Positions 36,401-51,165 of a stretch of 64,000 nucleotides of DNA are shown here, in pieces. Source of the stretch: Catajapyx aquilonaris (taxonomy: Eukaryota); the NCBI GenBank assembly GCA_000934665.2, contig KZ538267.1, forward strand, positions 1 to 64,000. The letters are read 5' to 3'. Below the pieces are notes generated by a model. The model did not search any database. It had not been told where the DNA came from and was given only the letters and a program-made list of their open reading frames with translations. Every line of letters begins with the position of its first letter. Positions within the stretch are counted from its first letter, which is position 1. The translations under genes and the position numbers were made by a program.

Positions 36401-39400
36401 TACCCACCAAAATGTTCCCCAGTGTCCTTCCACTATGGATTCAGACCCAGCAAAAAGGGACTTGCTTTCAGTGGAGTGAACCTGTGTAGGTCTCTCATGT
36501 AACAAAAAAAAATAGTCTAAAACCCCCTTCGCGTAGGATTTACTTCCAGTTTTAAAACCAAAAAAATATTCCCAAGCCCCGTATGGGGGGATATTAATCT
36601 TCATTACTGATGACGAGTCCTAATCCTCCCTAGTAAATCCCTGTACAAATAACAGCCTCCTGCTCTCAATATTGTCACGGAATGGAACCTTCAAACTCTC
36701 GTTCGTCATGATCGGAATCGATTTTGTCGCTTATGATTACAGACAGGAGATTGCTCGCCTAATCCCATTTCAGCATAACCCGATCAACCCTGCTCATGTG
36801 TAAATCACCATGTAAAATGGTCCCTACATGCCCAGGTATTTTAATCCGGACACTAATGAACAGGAAATTAACCCGGTCAAGTCGTCAAGAAAAATAGCTA
36901 CCTTGCGAAAATAATTATTACCCTTTGAAATAATAGAGTCAAACTTCTTCTCAGATCCTCGAGAGCAAATCCTCTTTTCAACCTGGGGTCTTGGCAATGT
37001 CCAGGCGAGCAGAAGACCAAATTAGTTGAGGAGGTGGTGGGCACGGTGTGTAGTGGGGGGGTCGAAATTATTTTGTGCGCCACTAATTCTATTTTGTCCC
37101 TGTCTGCCGACTTGGTCCATGGTGCGTAATTGCATTTGGGCCAATAACGAGAGGTGCGCTTGGAGGTAAGTCAGTCGATGAAGAGAGAAGATGGCCGATT
37201 CCAGCCTCGTGGGAACGAACGCCAGCGACCTAATTCCCGAGGCGTCTCACCAGGCGGCGCCACCAGCGGAAAAAAATAATAATTAATTCTCATCATCTGG
37301 GACCCAAGCTACATAACCAAAAAGCATACGACGGTACAGACTATTGCTCCCAATTGAATTATTTTAATGCGTCAACTTTGCTCGGGTTTTATGGCTGCAG
37401 AAAGTTTTCCATTCCTAATGAAATGCAGATGGAAACTTGCTTGCGTTCTTCTGATTACTCTATTAGTTCTAGAATTATTTTTTTTCGTATTTAGAGCAGT
37501 ACCGCCTTATCGGGTCGATCCCAGACAGTTTTTTTTCTTGGAAGGGGGTGAAAGGAGAGGACTGGAAGAAGAAGAAGAAAAAATCCCCCTCCGGATGCTG
37601 ACTTATTCATGCGCATTCTCACAGTGGCACAAACTTTGACCCTAAATCGGTCGCCCTTTACGAGCATCCGGCCCAACCATGCAATGGAAAACGGCGACGA
37701 CTATGAATGTGCCTGGACCGGACCACCCCCCGAAGGGCACACCCGACAAAGATCGAACATAACGAAGATTGTGCAGAGCGAGGCTGGCCATTATCGGCCG
37801 ATGAAAAACCATCCATGTCCGACAAAATGAGGATCTGGAGCTATCTGGCTGCCGAATGATAAGGGTTCAATATGTATCCTAGCTGCAGCGTCTCACCGTT
37901 AAATAAAAAAGAGAGCGTGTGGGTATATAGCTTGTCCCAGTTGTACATAACCGTGAGATACGTCCATCAATGAGCAAGGGAAACAGATTTTCCTTGGACC
38001 CCCACACCTCATTTCCTCCGGCAAATGAGCTTTTGGATTGGTTGGTCCCCGATTTGTCATCCCCCGTAGTGGCGCCGCTCGATTCAGTTTCAAACACACA
38101 AGCCGCAGCTAGAAAGTAATCCCACCCACACCCCCCTCGAAATTCCCCAACCCACCACGTTTATTGCAAAGCTTTTCCAGTTGCCCCACCCGAATCCTAG
38201 GCCTGTCTCCCTTTGCCAAGAAATACGAGAGACACTTCTCTCTTCCAAAAAATCCAAGATTCTGCCCCCCACTCTTCTTATATAAGGAGTCCAAAGATGG
38301 CTGACTCCGAAGCACTCTGTCCTTGCCATTCTGGACAGGTTTTGACGCCCAGATTCTTTTCGGTGCAGAGAGAGACACTTCATTGTTTGCCATGCGTCCG
38401 ACACATTCAACAATGCTGGGATCAACCACAGGGCAAGGAAGTGACAGTGAGGGATTTGTCAACTGGACTTGTCCACCTATATAGGCAGCTATATAGAGAA
38501 ACTGGAAAACTCACCAAAGAAACATCAAAGAACATGACTTTGCTGTGGGGCTACCAAAAACTTTCCAAGTACTGCTAGTCATGCGTTTAAGAACTCAACA
38601 GAATTGGAGCGCAAGTGCCTAAGTGCTCGTATACCCAAACCGCAAAGCACCTTCAACTCTCTGGAAGCATTTGAAACCCAAACCCGTAGTTATTGAGGGA
38701 AAATTTCAAGCTCGGTGAGTTTCTCTCCCCAAGCTTGTCTCATACCCCCTTCTCACTACTCCTCCCGAAAATTTCCTGTTTGTTCAAATTCCCTCGTGTG
38801 TCAATTACCGGCAAAGCAAAATCTAGTGTAACGGTGAGACTTTACGCAATAACTCTGAAAGGAGGCCCGGCTTGGTGGGAAGTAGTCCCGAGAGCGCCCT
38901 CAAACCTTACATAAATTGGAGGAGGGAAAGCCAAAAACTACGACCCTCTCCGAGCATAAACTCCTGGCCTACTTGCCCAAAGTGCCAATTGAGACGGAGC
39001 GCAGTTTGCAACGCCTGAAATTACTATGGATAGATGTTGGAAGGAAAGGTGAGATCATGGTCGCATCTCTCTTCCCTCACAACCTCACTGAAAAAAAAGC
39101 AGAGAGAAAAAATTTTGAGGTTACTCTTAGAACTTGGATCGCAATTAGCAAACATCTTTGCTCACTAGCACCATGTTTGCTTAGTATGAAAACCAGTATG
39201 TCTCCTGGCAAGATTAATTTTAACCAAATCCTCTTTGGAGTATTGGGGTGGTCTGAGTGGCCTGTGCCATTTGAATATCGTACTCTGCTTATGCAAAAAT
39301 ATCAAAGCCCTGTCCCACCCTCTCTTGGTCATTTACTCCTCTTTTTCCATTCCTGGAAGGGGGAGTTGAATGGGAATAAAAGGGAAGGAGGTTCCCCCTT

Positions 39401-42400
39401 TTGTTGACTCCCCCAATTTTGACGCCCTCTTCCGACCCAATCTATCACTAGGTGGACCCCCCCTTTCAGATGACATAATCTGGCTTAGCTGCGGGCTCAC
39501 GCTGCATTAGTGTAAATAACTTTGATTACATGTGAGTAGCCCACTAATGCTAATATCACGAATCTTATCGTGATGGAAGGAACAATATTGGCAGAGTGAA
39601 TCATCTCATGTTTACAATAAAGCAGGTTGAAGCAGGGGACGATGGTGGAGATAATGGTGGGGGTCTAATGAAAACACCACGATTGTCTGTAATGTAAGAT
39701 TCGTGAATTTTGCAGGCATTTCGTAATAATTTTTATTTCAATTGTAATTGCCTTCTCTTGTAATGTCCACATTATTAGAATATACTGTCATGATAAAATT
39801 ATTCCGCAAGCTACGTGTTATGTAAATTGTATATTAAATTCAATTATACTAACTTCAGTTGATATTTTAAAATGTAGTTAGTGTTAGCAGGCTATTAAAA
39901 GACACAATTACATGGTTTCACAGTTTAGAGCAAATGGAGGATGCCTATTGATCCTTCATGTTCAGTATTTGTTCTAAACAATTGATGACACGATCGGATA
40001 ATTTTATTTATTTACTCCATGGGTAGTTTTGATCAATCATCAATCCGTGACACATGCTTGTCACATGTTATTTATTGTTTCGGTCAATGTTACCTAATAA
40101 TGAATAACAATAATCAACAATATTTGTTCGCGATTTTCTATCAAACATGCAAATCAGTTTCAATTGATGTAATCGAATGTAACTGTGCCTTTAGATGGTG
40201 CGATGGCTGCTAAGGATTTGTTTTAATTTTTAAACCACATTAAAACTATCAAATTCGCGTTTGCTTTGGTGGCTGTACAGTATAAGAACTTGTGTAATCC
40301 TGCTGGTTGGCTGTATTTGTACAGTTTCCACTCGAACCCTGGCCTGACCTTTTCCTAACAATCCGGAGCATCGCAAACCCTCAACTGCATTACTGTACGT
40401 TTACAGTATTGAGAGTTCAGGTTAACTTCTCATGGAAAACTCTTATCCCCCTCTGCTCAGCACACTATAGAGTTATCCTCCTGTTTCCGGAACGAAACCT
40501 TGTGATCATCCCGATTCTGGCTTTTCTTTTTTTTCCTCCTTCTTTCCTCCCCCCCTGTATTTGGCCATACAGTTTGGAATCAAGCATGATCCCAAATCCG
40601 GAACAAACAAGCAACCGTGGAGGAATGGCGGGGGTAGCTCTGCGGCCGTCTGCCTAGAAAGAACCGCATCAACTTCAACCCCCAGCAACTTGCTCCGAAG
40701 GGAACCTTTCGGCCAAGTTGTTTCAATCTGATTATCAAGCAAGTGGAGGAGAGTAGCTGCATCCCCCGGATTATTTCCCTCCGGTTTCTGATTGTGGACC
40801 AGTTCTCAGATGGTCCCGGATTGCATGGCCTTCCGGAAGAAGACCCGAAGAAAAAAAAGAAGAAGAAGAAGAAGTGTATAAGAAAAACCAAGGCCTGGTC
40901 TCTCCTCGCACCCTCCAAACCCCCCCTTTGTGTAAAGCCCGAGTCAACTGGAGCCCACACCCTCTGCTTTTCCTTTGATGTTTTCGCAACAACTTGCTTA
41001 CAAGTCCCGTAGGCTTTTATTGCAACATTCCCGTCTCCGCCTCCGCTTTCCCTTTGTATCTGCAACGCCAATAAATCTTGCCTACTTTGAACCTGGCGTA
41101 GCGTGAAGGAGGAGTTGCCCCCCCGAACCCTCCACCTCCTACCATCCTCTTCTTCTCTAACCCAACTTCCAAGGCATGATGCCAACTCCAATATTAAGAC
41201 AATGCCTACCCCCCCTCACCTCACCTCATCCCTTTCACCCCCACCTTGCACTTTACAAAGGGGGGGGGGGGGGGAAGCCTCCTCCTAAATGCATTTATCC
41301 GATTCGGAAACGTCTGACCAGAATAATCAGCTATTGGGGGTTATCCAATACACCAATTTTCGGCAAAGGGCATTTTCGACCAAGGTGTTTCAGAACAATT
41401 GAGGCAACACAGGCTACGTAATTTGAATAGCTTTCTATCAAAATATCTAACTAAAAATGTTATTTATTATTTTACTACATTATTTTTTTTGAGGGGTCTG
41501 AAATAAAAAAAGGCCAAGTCCACTTGAAAAAAACTGGTTGTAAAATAAGCCAGTTACTTAACTTTCACGGGAACAATCTTGAAAGTGTTTACGTCCATAT
41601 GTTACCGCAGTTCAGTTACATACGGAAATGTGCAATTAATGCCAAATGACATTAAAATACATAATTTCTGCACGTATTTGTGTTACACCCCCCAAATTGT
41701 TGACTTGGCGTTTAAAAAAATCTCAAACCCCTCATTTATTTTTGGCAACTCAACGGGTTTGTATACCATAGTGTCAATGAACGAAATTAAAATTATTGTT
41801 GCTCATTAATTTTAACCACCTATTTTTCTCAATAGCAATAGGTTCGTCTAATCGTGATTTCCACTAGAGCAAGTAGCACTACCAATAACGATGCAATTAT
41901 TTGGTCAAGCATAAGGAAGAGCCAACTTCGCATATTCGTAGCCAATTTTGCTTATCATATTCGGTGGAGCACAATATATTTTATTTTTCTTAACAGCCAA
42001 AAAAGTGGGGGGGGGGGACTTATATAAAGGAAGAGAAGCGCAAAACGCCATAAATGCAATCTACTATCCCTGATAGTCCCTCGAAGCAGAAAAGATCGTA
42101 AAGTGTAAGTAACAAGTTCATTTTACTGCACATTACCAACCAACTTTATTAGCTCTTTCTTAGCCCCGGTTAACTCCTTATGCCCGGAACCTTCTTTTTT
42201 TTCCACCTCCTTCTTCTTCTACTTGGCACACACGCAAAAAAAAAATTGGAGGAAGAAATTTGAAACCTGTGAAGAAGCGAGGTGCGATGAACTGTACTAT
42301 AAGAAGCAAGCGTCTTTTTCCTTCCCACTTTTTACGGCACATCGGGGATATATTTTTACTATGAGCTCTTCTTTATGCTAATGCGGGTCCCCCTCTAAAT

Positions 42401-43453
42401 TTTTATGCAGAATGCATTCCTGGGGGGTTGTAACGCCCAAGGAAAAAAAAAATCCAGGGTTTCCCACGAGAGACCTATAAGATTCGCAATATCTAAAGTG
42501 ACCACTAGGTTCAAACAGCCACCATTCATTTATCCATTAGAGTCTGGTCAATAAACCGGACACGCAAAAAAAATGCCCTGGGCTGCCAACACGGAAATGC
42601 TTTCTTTTGCAGCAGGCACTGTGCTTGCCAAGTAGCCTCCGGAACACAGCCCCGCATATACGGTTGGCATCAAGCATCCAGTTTATTTCCTTCTCCGGAT
42701 TCAGGGCTACAAACACAATTTTTTTGGGGGTGTGGGGTATACCCCCTACCGGCAGAGACCGGACATGAAGACGACCGGTTCCGGGCATAGCACCGGATAT
42801 AAAAAAAATGCCGGAACTCATACTAGGAGAAAACCACCTGTTGGGGCAGGCCAAAATAATGCCAATTCCGGGGCAGCGCATCCCACCTGATGCATTAATC
42901 GCTGGTACATTTTGGAGGGCTACAGAATCTTGGAAATTTTGGTAAAATTGCTGTTAAGAGTTCCCGGAAATGAAGAAATGGGGGTAGATCCATACAATTC
43001 TTGCAACGGTCCCCCCCCCTCCTTCTTTTTTCAATACACACTGAAGGCGAAGGAAATTCTTTGAACTGCCTGACTCTATAGGGAGCTGTCCAGCCAACCG
43101 GACACTGAAAGCATTGACCGCCGAGGGGGGATAAGAAATATTCTGGAAACAGGCCCCAGCTACACTTATTCTCGGCCTTTTATATATATATAAAACGGAA
43201 ACTGGAAGGGGTGGGCCCATTTTCTTTTCTGTTCATGCTGGCCAAACCTTGGACCAAACGCAAAAGGAGCACCAAAATTAGAACCAGTCGAGTAGAACTT
43301 TGAACGCTAGCCTCATTTAGATTAGGATCGATTCTACTTTAAAGTTTGGGTGCAAGCAATCAAAAAAAAAAAATCAGTCGAAGAATTAAACGTGCATGGA
43401 ATTTTGCCCACAACTACCGGATATACTCTCCAAGTCCATTTTTATCATAAAAA

Positions 43454-43735
43454 CTAGCAGTGGACCCGTTCTTCGTACGGGGATTGATAAATAAGAGAAG
43501 TTTGTAAAACCTGTGGTGGAGTGACAATGGCCGCACAGATGAAACAAAACTTCATGAAAAACACAAAAGAAATCCTACATTTTGTGTATTTGAACTCAAA
43601 AAGTGCAGTATTCGGACATTTCCCTCAACCACCAGTGGCAAGTTTCAGCAGTCTCAGTGGTATGGAAGTAGGTTAGGTAGCCCTGACATACATACATACA
43701 TATGTACAAAACTTTCCCGTTTATAAGTATTGAGA
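43454..43735 (-). mobile_element. Non-autonomous Helitron (about 282 bp) with (ACAT)n microsatellite
   Basis: On the minus strand: A|TCTCAATACTTATAAA 5' end, hairpin cccgt-tcttcgt-acggg (43465-43481), CTAG|T 3' end; layout like microsatellite-bearing insect non-autonomous Helitrons. Confidence 0.8.
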
Positions 43736-46700
43736 TTTGCAGTTACTTTTGACTGAAGAGCCTGATATGAAGTGGGACAGTCCCGATTACATGTGATACT
43801 CGTCCACACTTGGCGTTTTCGGAAATGGCAACAAGAGAAGGTCGTTAACTCTTCTTGGAGTGCGCAAAAAGAAGCGAAATTCTTTCCCTTGGCAACAGAC
43901 GATCCCTCATTTCGAGTAGTCCTGGCTTAAATGGCGCGCTGATTGATGATCGTTTCTCGCAGTTCATCTGACCATTCAAGGTGCCTTGCCTTTTTTAGGG
44001 GGAGTGGAGACGAAAATAGGACCACGGATCGAACCTTGTGTTGCATACGTCGCAGGGATTGAATGGCCCACCTGAAGAAAGAAGGAAGAAGAAGAAGAGT
44101 TCTTGTTGCTATGGCTGATGGTTAAGGGGCCGTCTGGGTGTCATTAGGGTTTCATTGGCCTGCAGATGGCTCTCTCAACTGCTCGTAAACAGGTTAGTGG
44201 AAAAAGGGGGAAAGGGTCACGCTCACCACTTTGATACCATCACCATTATGCGGGAGTCGGAGTAAACTTCTGGTATTTCTGTGCAGAAGTACGAAGGGCG
44301 AAAAAAGGGGGCCAGCAATTAAACAGGTCGTTATATCACTTGACCATGTGACTAAGTCTGGAGGAACAGTTTTTTTTTGTTTGATATACAGCAGGTTATG
44401 TCCTGCAGAAAAGAACCTTTAGTTCACACAGAATACAAACTCAAATATCCAGCAGTATAACACTCTTAAAAGAACCTGCTCAGCATAACTTCAGCAGAGA
44501 AATCTCTCCCAAAATCAAACATTAAAGTTTCTCCAAACTTTGATCATGCATCAATATTTATTGCTGATACGGACTCGAATGGTAATACTTTCCCCCCCCC
44601 NCCCCCCCCCCCCCTAACAGTTTTCTTGTACCAAGTCAATTTTTATACAGGGTTCATAAACCTGCCAAAGAATCGCGGCAGAAAAACTTTTTCCAAACGC
44701 CACACTGACGCATGTACCATCTGCAGACCAAAAGTTATGGAAGCAACTTGGTGCACTTTTGGCGATAATTTCTCTTTCCCCCAAACCAAAGAAACAAACC
44801 GCTCCCCGAAATTTTTCATATCCATTTTCTTCTTGATGCCAAGAAACTCAGCAAATTACACGCCTTCTAGACTTCAATAATATACATTTCCTGATTAATA
44901 AAATACAAAAGTAAAAGCATCTGCTACACTGTATTTCCGCCAAGTTGCACCAAACACACTTTATATACAGGGCTAAAATCCTTCCCTGTACAAATCGAAT
45001 TTGTTCTTGTCACAGACCTGAAAATCCGCTTAAAAAGCATTGACATACGAAGCATGTGTTCCCACTCCCCTTTTCCTCCTCCTATTTCCGATTTATTTTA
45101 TGCAACGATGCGTGTAACGCGAAGGAAATTATGCACTTGGGCTCAGAGATTGTGCCGCCTTGCCTTCTGAATTTGGCAAGTGGTCTTGAAGGAATCGGAT
45201 TTTTTCGGCCTCGATTATTGCCTTACACGGCCCGGGTCACACAAAAGCATTGGGTTGTGGGGGAATATTTTTCCTAATTTCGCTTCCACAACCCATAATT
45301 TCCACACGGTAGACCGATTTCAAGCAGGTGTTGGAACCGTGAAATATTCACACTTTATACATTATTTTTTGGGGGGGTGAGTATAGCAATAAGCGCATTT
45401 TATGAAACCTTTGCAGGATTAGAAATCATATTTTTTTAGGGGGATGGTGAAGCTTCCTTTTGTTCCCTTTTTGTCTCCTTCCCCCCCCCCCACCAAAAAT
45501 GTCCCAAGCCAACAATTCCAAAGGCTGTCAGGACTGTCGTATTATACGGCACTTATTCATGCAGAGCGGGGCGAGCAAAAGTGCGCCCTGTTAGCTGAGT
45601 TGGCTCAAGTGGAAAGTGGAAAGAGGTATAAGGAAAAGGGCTGACGTGGGCCAAAAAGTCAGTCGGTGAGACAGGCCGATGACAGAAAACAGGGGGGGAC
45701 TTGCAAGGGGGAGGTTATACCTTCCTAATCTGCAACTAAGCGAACTGAAAAACACACAAAAGAATCAACAATTAGGGAATATCCAGCAGATTTTTTTTTG
45801 AAAAAAAATGGATCATTTTTCAAGAGGCTGTCAGTAAGTGTCAGTTGCATCAACACCTTTAGTGCGCACAAAAGGCAAGCCGCCAACTAGTCTCCACTCT
45901 ATCCAAAAATCTTGGCTGCGGTCAAACTATATATTCCCAAGTTGGTTTTTTGTGTGTCGGGTTATGAGTACTGGGCCTTTTGCCCAACACTGTATCTGCT
46001 GACAACAAATTGAGAGGTGGCAGATGCTGATGACAGAGATATAGATACGGTTGTCAAATGCGGCTAACGTCCGATCTCTATACCTCATTTGCATTTAGAT
46101 GGCCGAGCATCAATCTTGCTGAGAGAGAACGATGCTTCTTCCTCTCCTCTTCCCATCCCCCCCCCCCTCCCTCTTTTCCGCTTGCTGATAAGATGGCGCT
46201 TTGGAGAAAAGCGTGATGTCAGGCCAGAGTCGGACGTTTTCTGTGCCGATGGCAAATGGAACAATGGCGAGAAGCGCCGGACGGTCGGACGCCCCGATCA
46301 ACATTGCGCCCTGCAACGTCACTAGGCACTCTTTTTTGGAGGTCTTCCAGTCACTTCTTTTTTTAAAGGAGAAAAGGAGAGGCGGCCCCCCTCACGATCC
46401 GATGCTCTGATCGAATTTGTCTTGTACGCCCGTTTAAAAGCATAGGGAGCCGATAACAGATAACGCCGGCGCCTTGTTAACAATCAGGTTAGAACAAAGC
46501 ATGATTCATGGCTGGTCGTATCCGACCTAGTTTCAGCTCGTAAAAATGCGTATCTGCCGATCACTAGTCCGTCTCGTAGGTTATGCAGACTCACCCAGAT
46601 TGGCAATTCCTGTATAGATGTAGAACCTGTAACAAACAAAGGGCAAATATCAGGCACAGGGCACTTTGACGTATTACTACGATTACTCGTATGTTCAGCT

Positions 46701-47809
46701 TTATTTACAATGGAGAACCACATCCATCTATTGGTTGTCACTCCCGCATATAAGGAGAAACCATTCTTGATAACACAATAACGTGATAACATCTGCATCA
46801 GTCCCTCAGTGAATCGTAACAACCCCGTTAATACAGACGTATAACTCTCCAGATTTTTAGAATCTACCTCGAGCGGAACAATGGGCAATCCAAAGGAGAT
46901 GAACTTCCTGGGACGCTTCGAGGAGTAACGACCCGGATTATCTCTTCTGCCCCCCTCATTTCCAATACCCATCTTTGTATTTGCCACGTGCCAGCCCAAC
47001 CCCCCCACCCATTACACATCATATCACACCAAGAGGCCTCCTTCTCCTCCTCATTTGCATGGCAACACCCTCCCATTTATAAAGGGGTTCCCTGGCTCTT
47101 GGCCCGTCGACTTGTGCACTGCAAAACGGCCTGTCGAAATGGGACGGACCCATCAAGTACGTGCCCGTTTATCCAAGTTGTTCTTGTAATCCGGGGGGCC
47201 CTTCCAGTTTGTAGATATACACACACCTAGTAGCGTACCTCTCGTCTCTAGTCCCCGAGATTCATTTCCCTGATACACGGCCCCGTTTTCTACTCAAGCC
47301 AGGGTGCAAACTGCCCTCCTCAGCGTCTAACAAGCTCCTTTTAGCCCAAACCCCGGAAGTACTAACAGTAAAGGGCTCGAAGGAGGAAGCAAGGAAGAAA
47401 TAAAGAGAAGGAGGAGGAGGAGAAAAAAAGTTTGGAGTAGAGAGTATTCATAGCGATTATCCTTGTCTGGAAGCAACGGAATTATAGGCGTCTCAATCCC
47501 TATTTTGGAGGGTTAGGTGACAGGTGAGGCAGCCGAGCGAAACAGGTTGATAATAACACTAATGGAAACAGATTTCAAGCACGTGCTTCTTCCAACTTAC
47601 ATGGTCTCGTAAAAGGAATAAGTGGGCCAAACCCTCCCAGCCCACTATACACTCACTTTAGAGACGGTCGATCTCAGTAAGCTTTGAGCTTCAGGCTCGA
47701 CCTGTTCAGGACATTCGAAAAGGTGAAAACCACTAATTAAGATACCGGTTGTGTCAAGCAGTTAAATCAACACCAAGTTTTTCTCCACAAAAATGAAGAT
47801 CTCAGCCTG

Positions 47810-48077
47810 TTTATATCTTATCTTATTTTGAAAAGGCATATCGAACGGCTCTGTCTGTCTGTCAGTCCGTCCGTGGACAGGTATCAGGGTTTTCGGATTC
47901 GGATGCAGCGGACTCTAAATAGGTTTCATGACCTTGGAACCTATTTAGGGTCCGCTGAATCCGAATCCGAAGACGGTTTGTCCCTATCTCACGCGGTTTA
48001 GGCCCTGATACCTGTCCACAGACGGACGGACGGACAGAACCGTTCTATAAGACTTTTTTTCCGATGAGAAAAAGTCT
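47810..48077. mobile_element. Foldback made of two inverted 5' halves of the HINE-like family
   Basis: Left arm gaacggctctgtc...gtggacaggtatcaggg.ttcggattcggatgcagcggactctaaataggtt; right arm aacctatttagggtccgctgaatccgaatccgaa...ccctgatacctgtccac...gaaccgttc...gagaaaaagtct; centre at about 47931. Confidence 0.85.
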
Positions 48078-51000
48078 GAAATGACCAGAAAAATGTTCCT
48101 GCAGAAAAGTCCACCCAATCCACGGTCAACATGCTCAGTTTATCTTAACGGCCTGTAAAGCTATTGGGGAGACTATACAGCCCCAGCAGTCCAAAGGATA
48201 GGGATTGGAGGATAATTACTATTAACCTCTCCGGTCGTTTGGCTTCTGGCTAAAAGAAGTGCTAGAGAGTCTAGCGTTGGTGTGGGGTTGGGTGTGGGAG
48301 GGTGGGTGGGCGAATGCATTCCAGCGGAAATTGGGTTCAGGGAGAGACTATCGGATCTGGAAGGAAAGTTTTGGGTTCTCGGGTCGGACGTTTTGCATGC
48401 AGAGNGGGGGGGGTAACCGTTTTGCGAACTGGGCTGAGGGTCTCCGTGGCTAATTACGGCGTTTATGCTAATTCCGCATACATCTGGCAATGCTTGCGCC
48501 CGCCTTTACCTTATGGGCCTAAGTGCGAGTTAACTGCGACTGAGTAACTGAACGAATGAGTGGCCTGACAGAAAGGCGGGCTTGGAATTTGCATAATGGA
48601 CCGCCGCTGATATGGAAATGTTGGACTCTTGAGATTCTTGCTGCATGCGTAATCAACTGTGCACTGATTGGATCCCATTCTAATGCTTGCCAATTTGATT
48701 ATTATTATATTATATAGTTATTCCCCTGCGGACCTCCCCCTCTGTGCGTTGATTGCGCAAAATTAGTCTTTGTGCGGGTTGAAAAAGCCTGTCCGGAATT
48801 GCGGGGATTTGTGTAAATGAGATATCCCTCGGAGGAATTTCAGTAGATTGCTTTGAATGCGGTGAAAAAATTGCAACAATGCGTTTGATTAACTGGGTAA
48901 GAAACATTTCGAGCGTTGCATGTTTTTCGGTACGTTTATTTTACAGCACGAGCCAAAATATTGGTGCAAACGAGTCGCAAAATATTTCAAGATTAGTTAT
49001 CACCATCATCACTCTGCTAATGTATAAGATAATGAGATTAGCATCAGCCTCCAGGTCCAGCACGCCACATTCAGAAACTTTTATTTCCTTTACAGTAGCG
49101 AGTGGGTAGATACTGTATACAAATGTTTTCTCGAAAATGTCACAATTATTATATTTTTACCTGATTTTACAATGCATATTGTGCTGTGGAGGGCAGTGCA
49201 CAATGTAACTTGTAACTGACCCGATACACAAAGGAAACTACAGGCTGTTTGTTGTGTCTCCATGGAGGATTATCACTGTACTACTTATAATGACGTATTC
49301 TAGAGAAATTAACATCTGTGCAATGTACCTTTGGCTCTCTGGACAAGGCTCTTTCCTGAGCCAAGCTCACCAAATTAAAATCACTGCCTATAGTGAAGAG
49401 CAGGTAGAAAATGAGTACGTCTTCAACTCCCTTCCCCCTCTCCCTTGTCTCCTTCATTCTCTCCCCTCCTTCTGCACTTCTCAGTCCCAGGAAAGACGAT
49501 AATAGTCCCGATTTTATCCGCGTAATACCTCGAGCAAGAAATCTACCAAAGGCTACCTTCACTCTCTCCTTTTCTTTTTTCCCCCCCCCTTCCCTGCCAC
49601 TCAACAAATGAAAGGGCTCCTGGGAATGATATGAAAGCTCCATTACACGAGACAGACGGCAGTAATTTTATCAAAACAAGTGCTGGGGAGGAACGCAAGG
49701 GAAAGGAGAAGAAGGTAACGTAGCCAATGGCTGAGTCTGCAGATAAGACACTCTGGAGGGAGGCATTATGGCAGCGGATTTTTCGAGTGGGATTGGAGAA
49801 AAGAGGAGGAGGAGGAGGAGGTAGAGGTAGGAGGAGGAGGAGGAGGTAACAAAAAGATGGTCCTGGAGTCACCTAGGACACCGTCATGAATGCGATCACA
49901 AAGGACTTGAAAAAAAAGCGCCTCTCTTCACTCTGGAAAGAGGGGGGGACGGAATAGGGATTTTTCCTCCTTCTGTCTACATTTCGCAACCAAAATCCGA
50001 TTACTTCCGCCCCCCTTCACGTTAGAATTGGAAATAATCCTCACTAACAAGGACATGGGGGAACAATAAAAGGACAGTTCCCTTTGTGGAAAATGTCAGG
50101 CATCGCATGCATGACCAATTTGGGTGCCAAGAGTTCATAAGGACGAAACTCGTAAAAGCCTGTACTTGAACTAGGAAACGTACGCTGCCTAACAATGAAC
50201 GGCTGCAATTGCCACTTTTTGAATTACTTTCAAGACAAATCTGTGCAGCTTGGTGGACACTCACAAGAAACCGTCCGATAATAAGATGTATATTTTTTTT
50301 GAAGAGTCTTCCGGCTGATTTTTTTTTCTCTCTCCCTCGTCTCCTATGCCTTACTACGACTACGCTTTCTACGTACTGGTATCCGAATTCATCCCGTCGG
50401 GCCTATAAATAAGGCGAGCCAAGTCCTGCAGCTTTGCAGGGGAATGGAGATTGTCAGGAAGAGGAGAGACGTGGAAGGGTCTCTGAGGAAAGATAACCTC
50501 CACTACGTTGCAATGGGATGGGGGATAAGGAGGAACTGCCTTCTAATTTCCATGCCCCTGTACAGAGACTCTGCTGCAACGAGAACATGACTCGAATAAC
50601 TTGCACATCACCTCATGCAATCAGCCGCAGTGCCAAGTATGGAAAACATGTGCGCTGGAAACTCTATAGAAGTTATCTCCGTTTTGTGGCGCAGCAGGCC
50701 AACGAACGTTATTGTGGCTTTGCCAGATACACCCATTCGGACGCGCTCTCTGAATTTATAGGAAAGCGCAGGAAAGACCTTCCAAAATCAAAACCTTGCC
50801 ATTTGCAAAAATAAGCTATTCGCTTCCTTCTTGCCAACCTGCAAATTATACTTGGCTGACTTTTCATTAATTTTCTCCGCTCTTTACTTTTCGGCGCACT
50901 ATCTTTGAGCCTATGACACTCTAATTCGGCGTCAGGTTTTTTTTCCAATCGGAGAAGGAGAAGCATATCCAGACCGCGATCAGCCAAAACCTACTTATTG

Positions 51001-51165
51001 GCCGAGGGTAGAATTTACTGCCGCCTATTCCATTCCGGGCACCTTTTTTTTTTGCGGACGATACATATCCTTCGTACGACAGCCCCAATTTCCTGCCTCG
51101 GGCTCCTTCGTAAACCCATAAATTTTCTTCCGCCCATACCCCAAACTATGACGCCTGCAGGTGTA

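Noticed and set aside
38916..41191. Long ORFs of 163 aa and 203 aa
   Set aside because: No recognisable domain, non-ATG starts, low-complexity translation of microsatellites
44026..44034. B-box-like GGTTCGATC on the minus strand
   Set aside because: No A box, cloverleaf or tail; not a tRNA or tRNA-derived SINE
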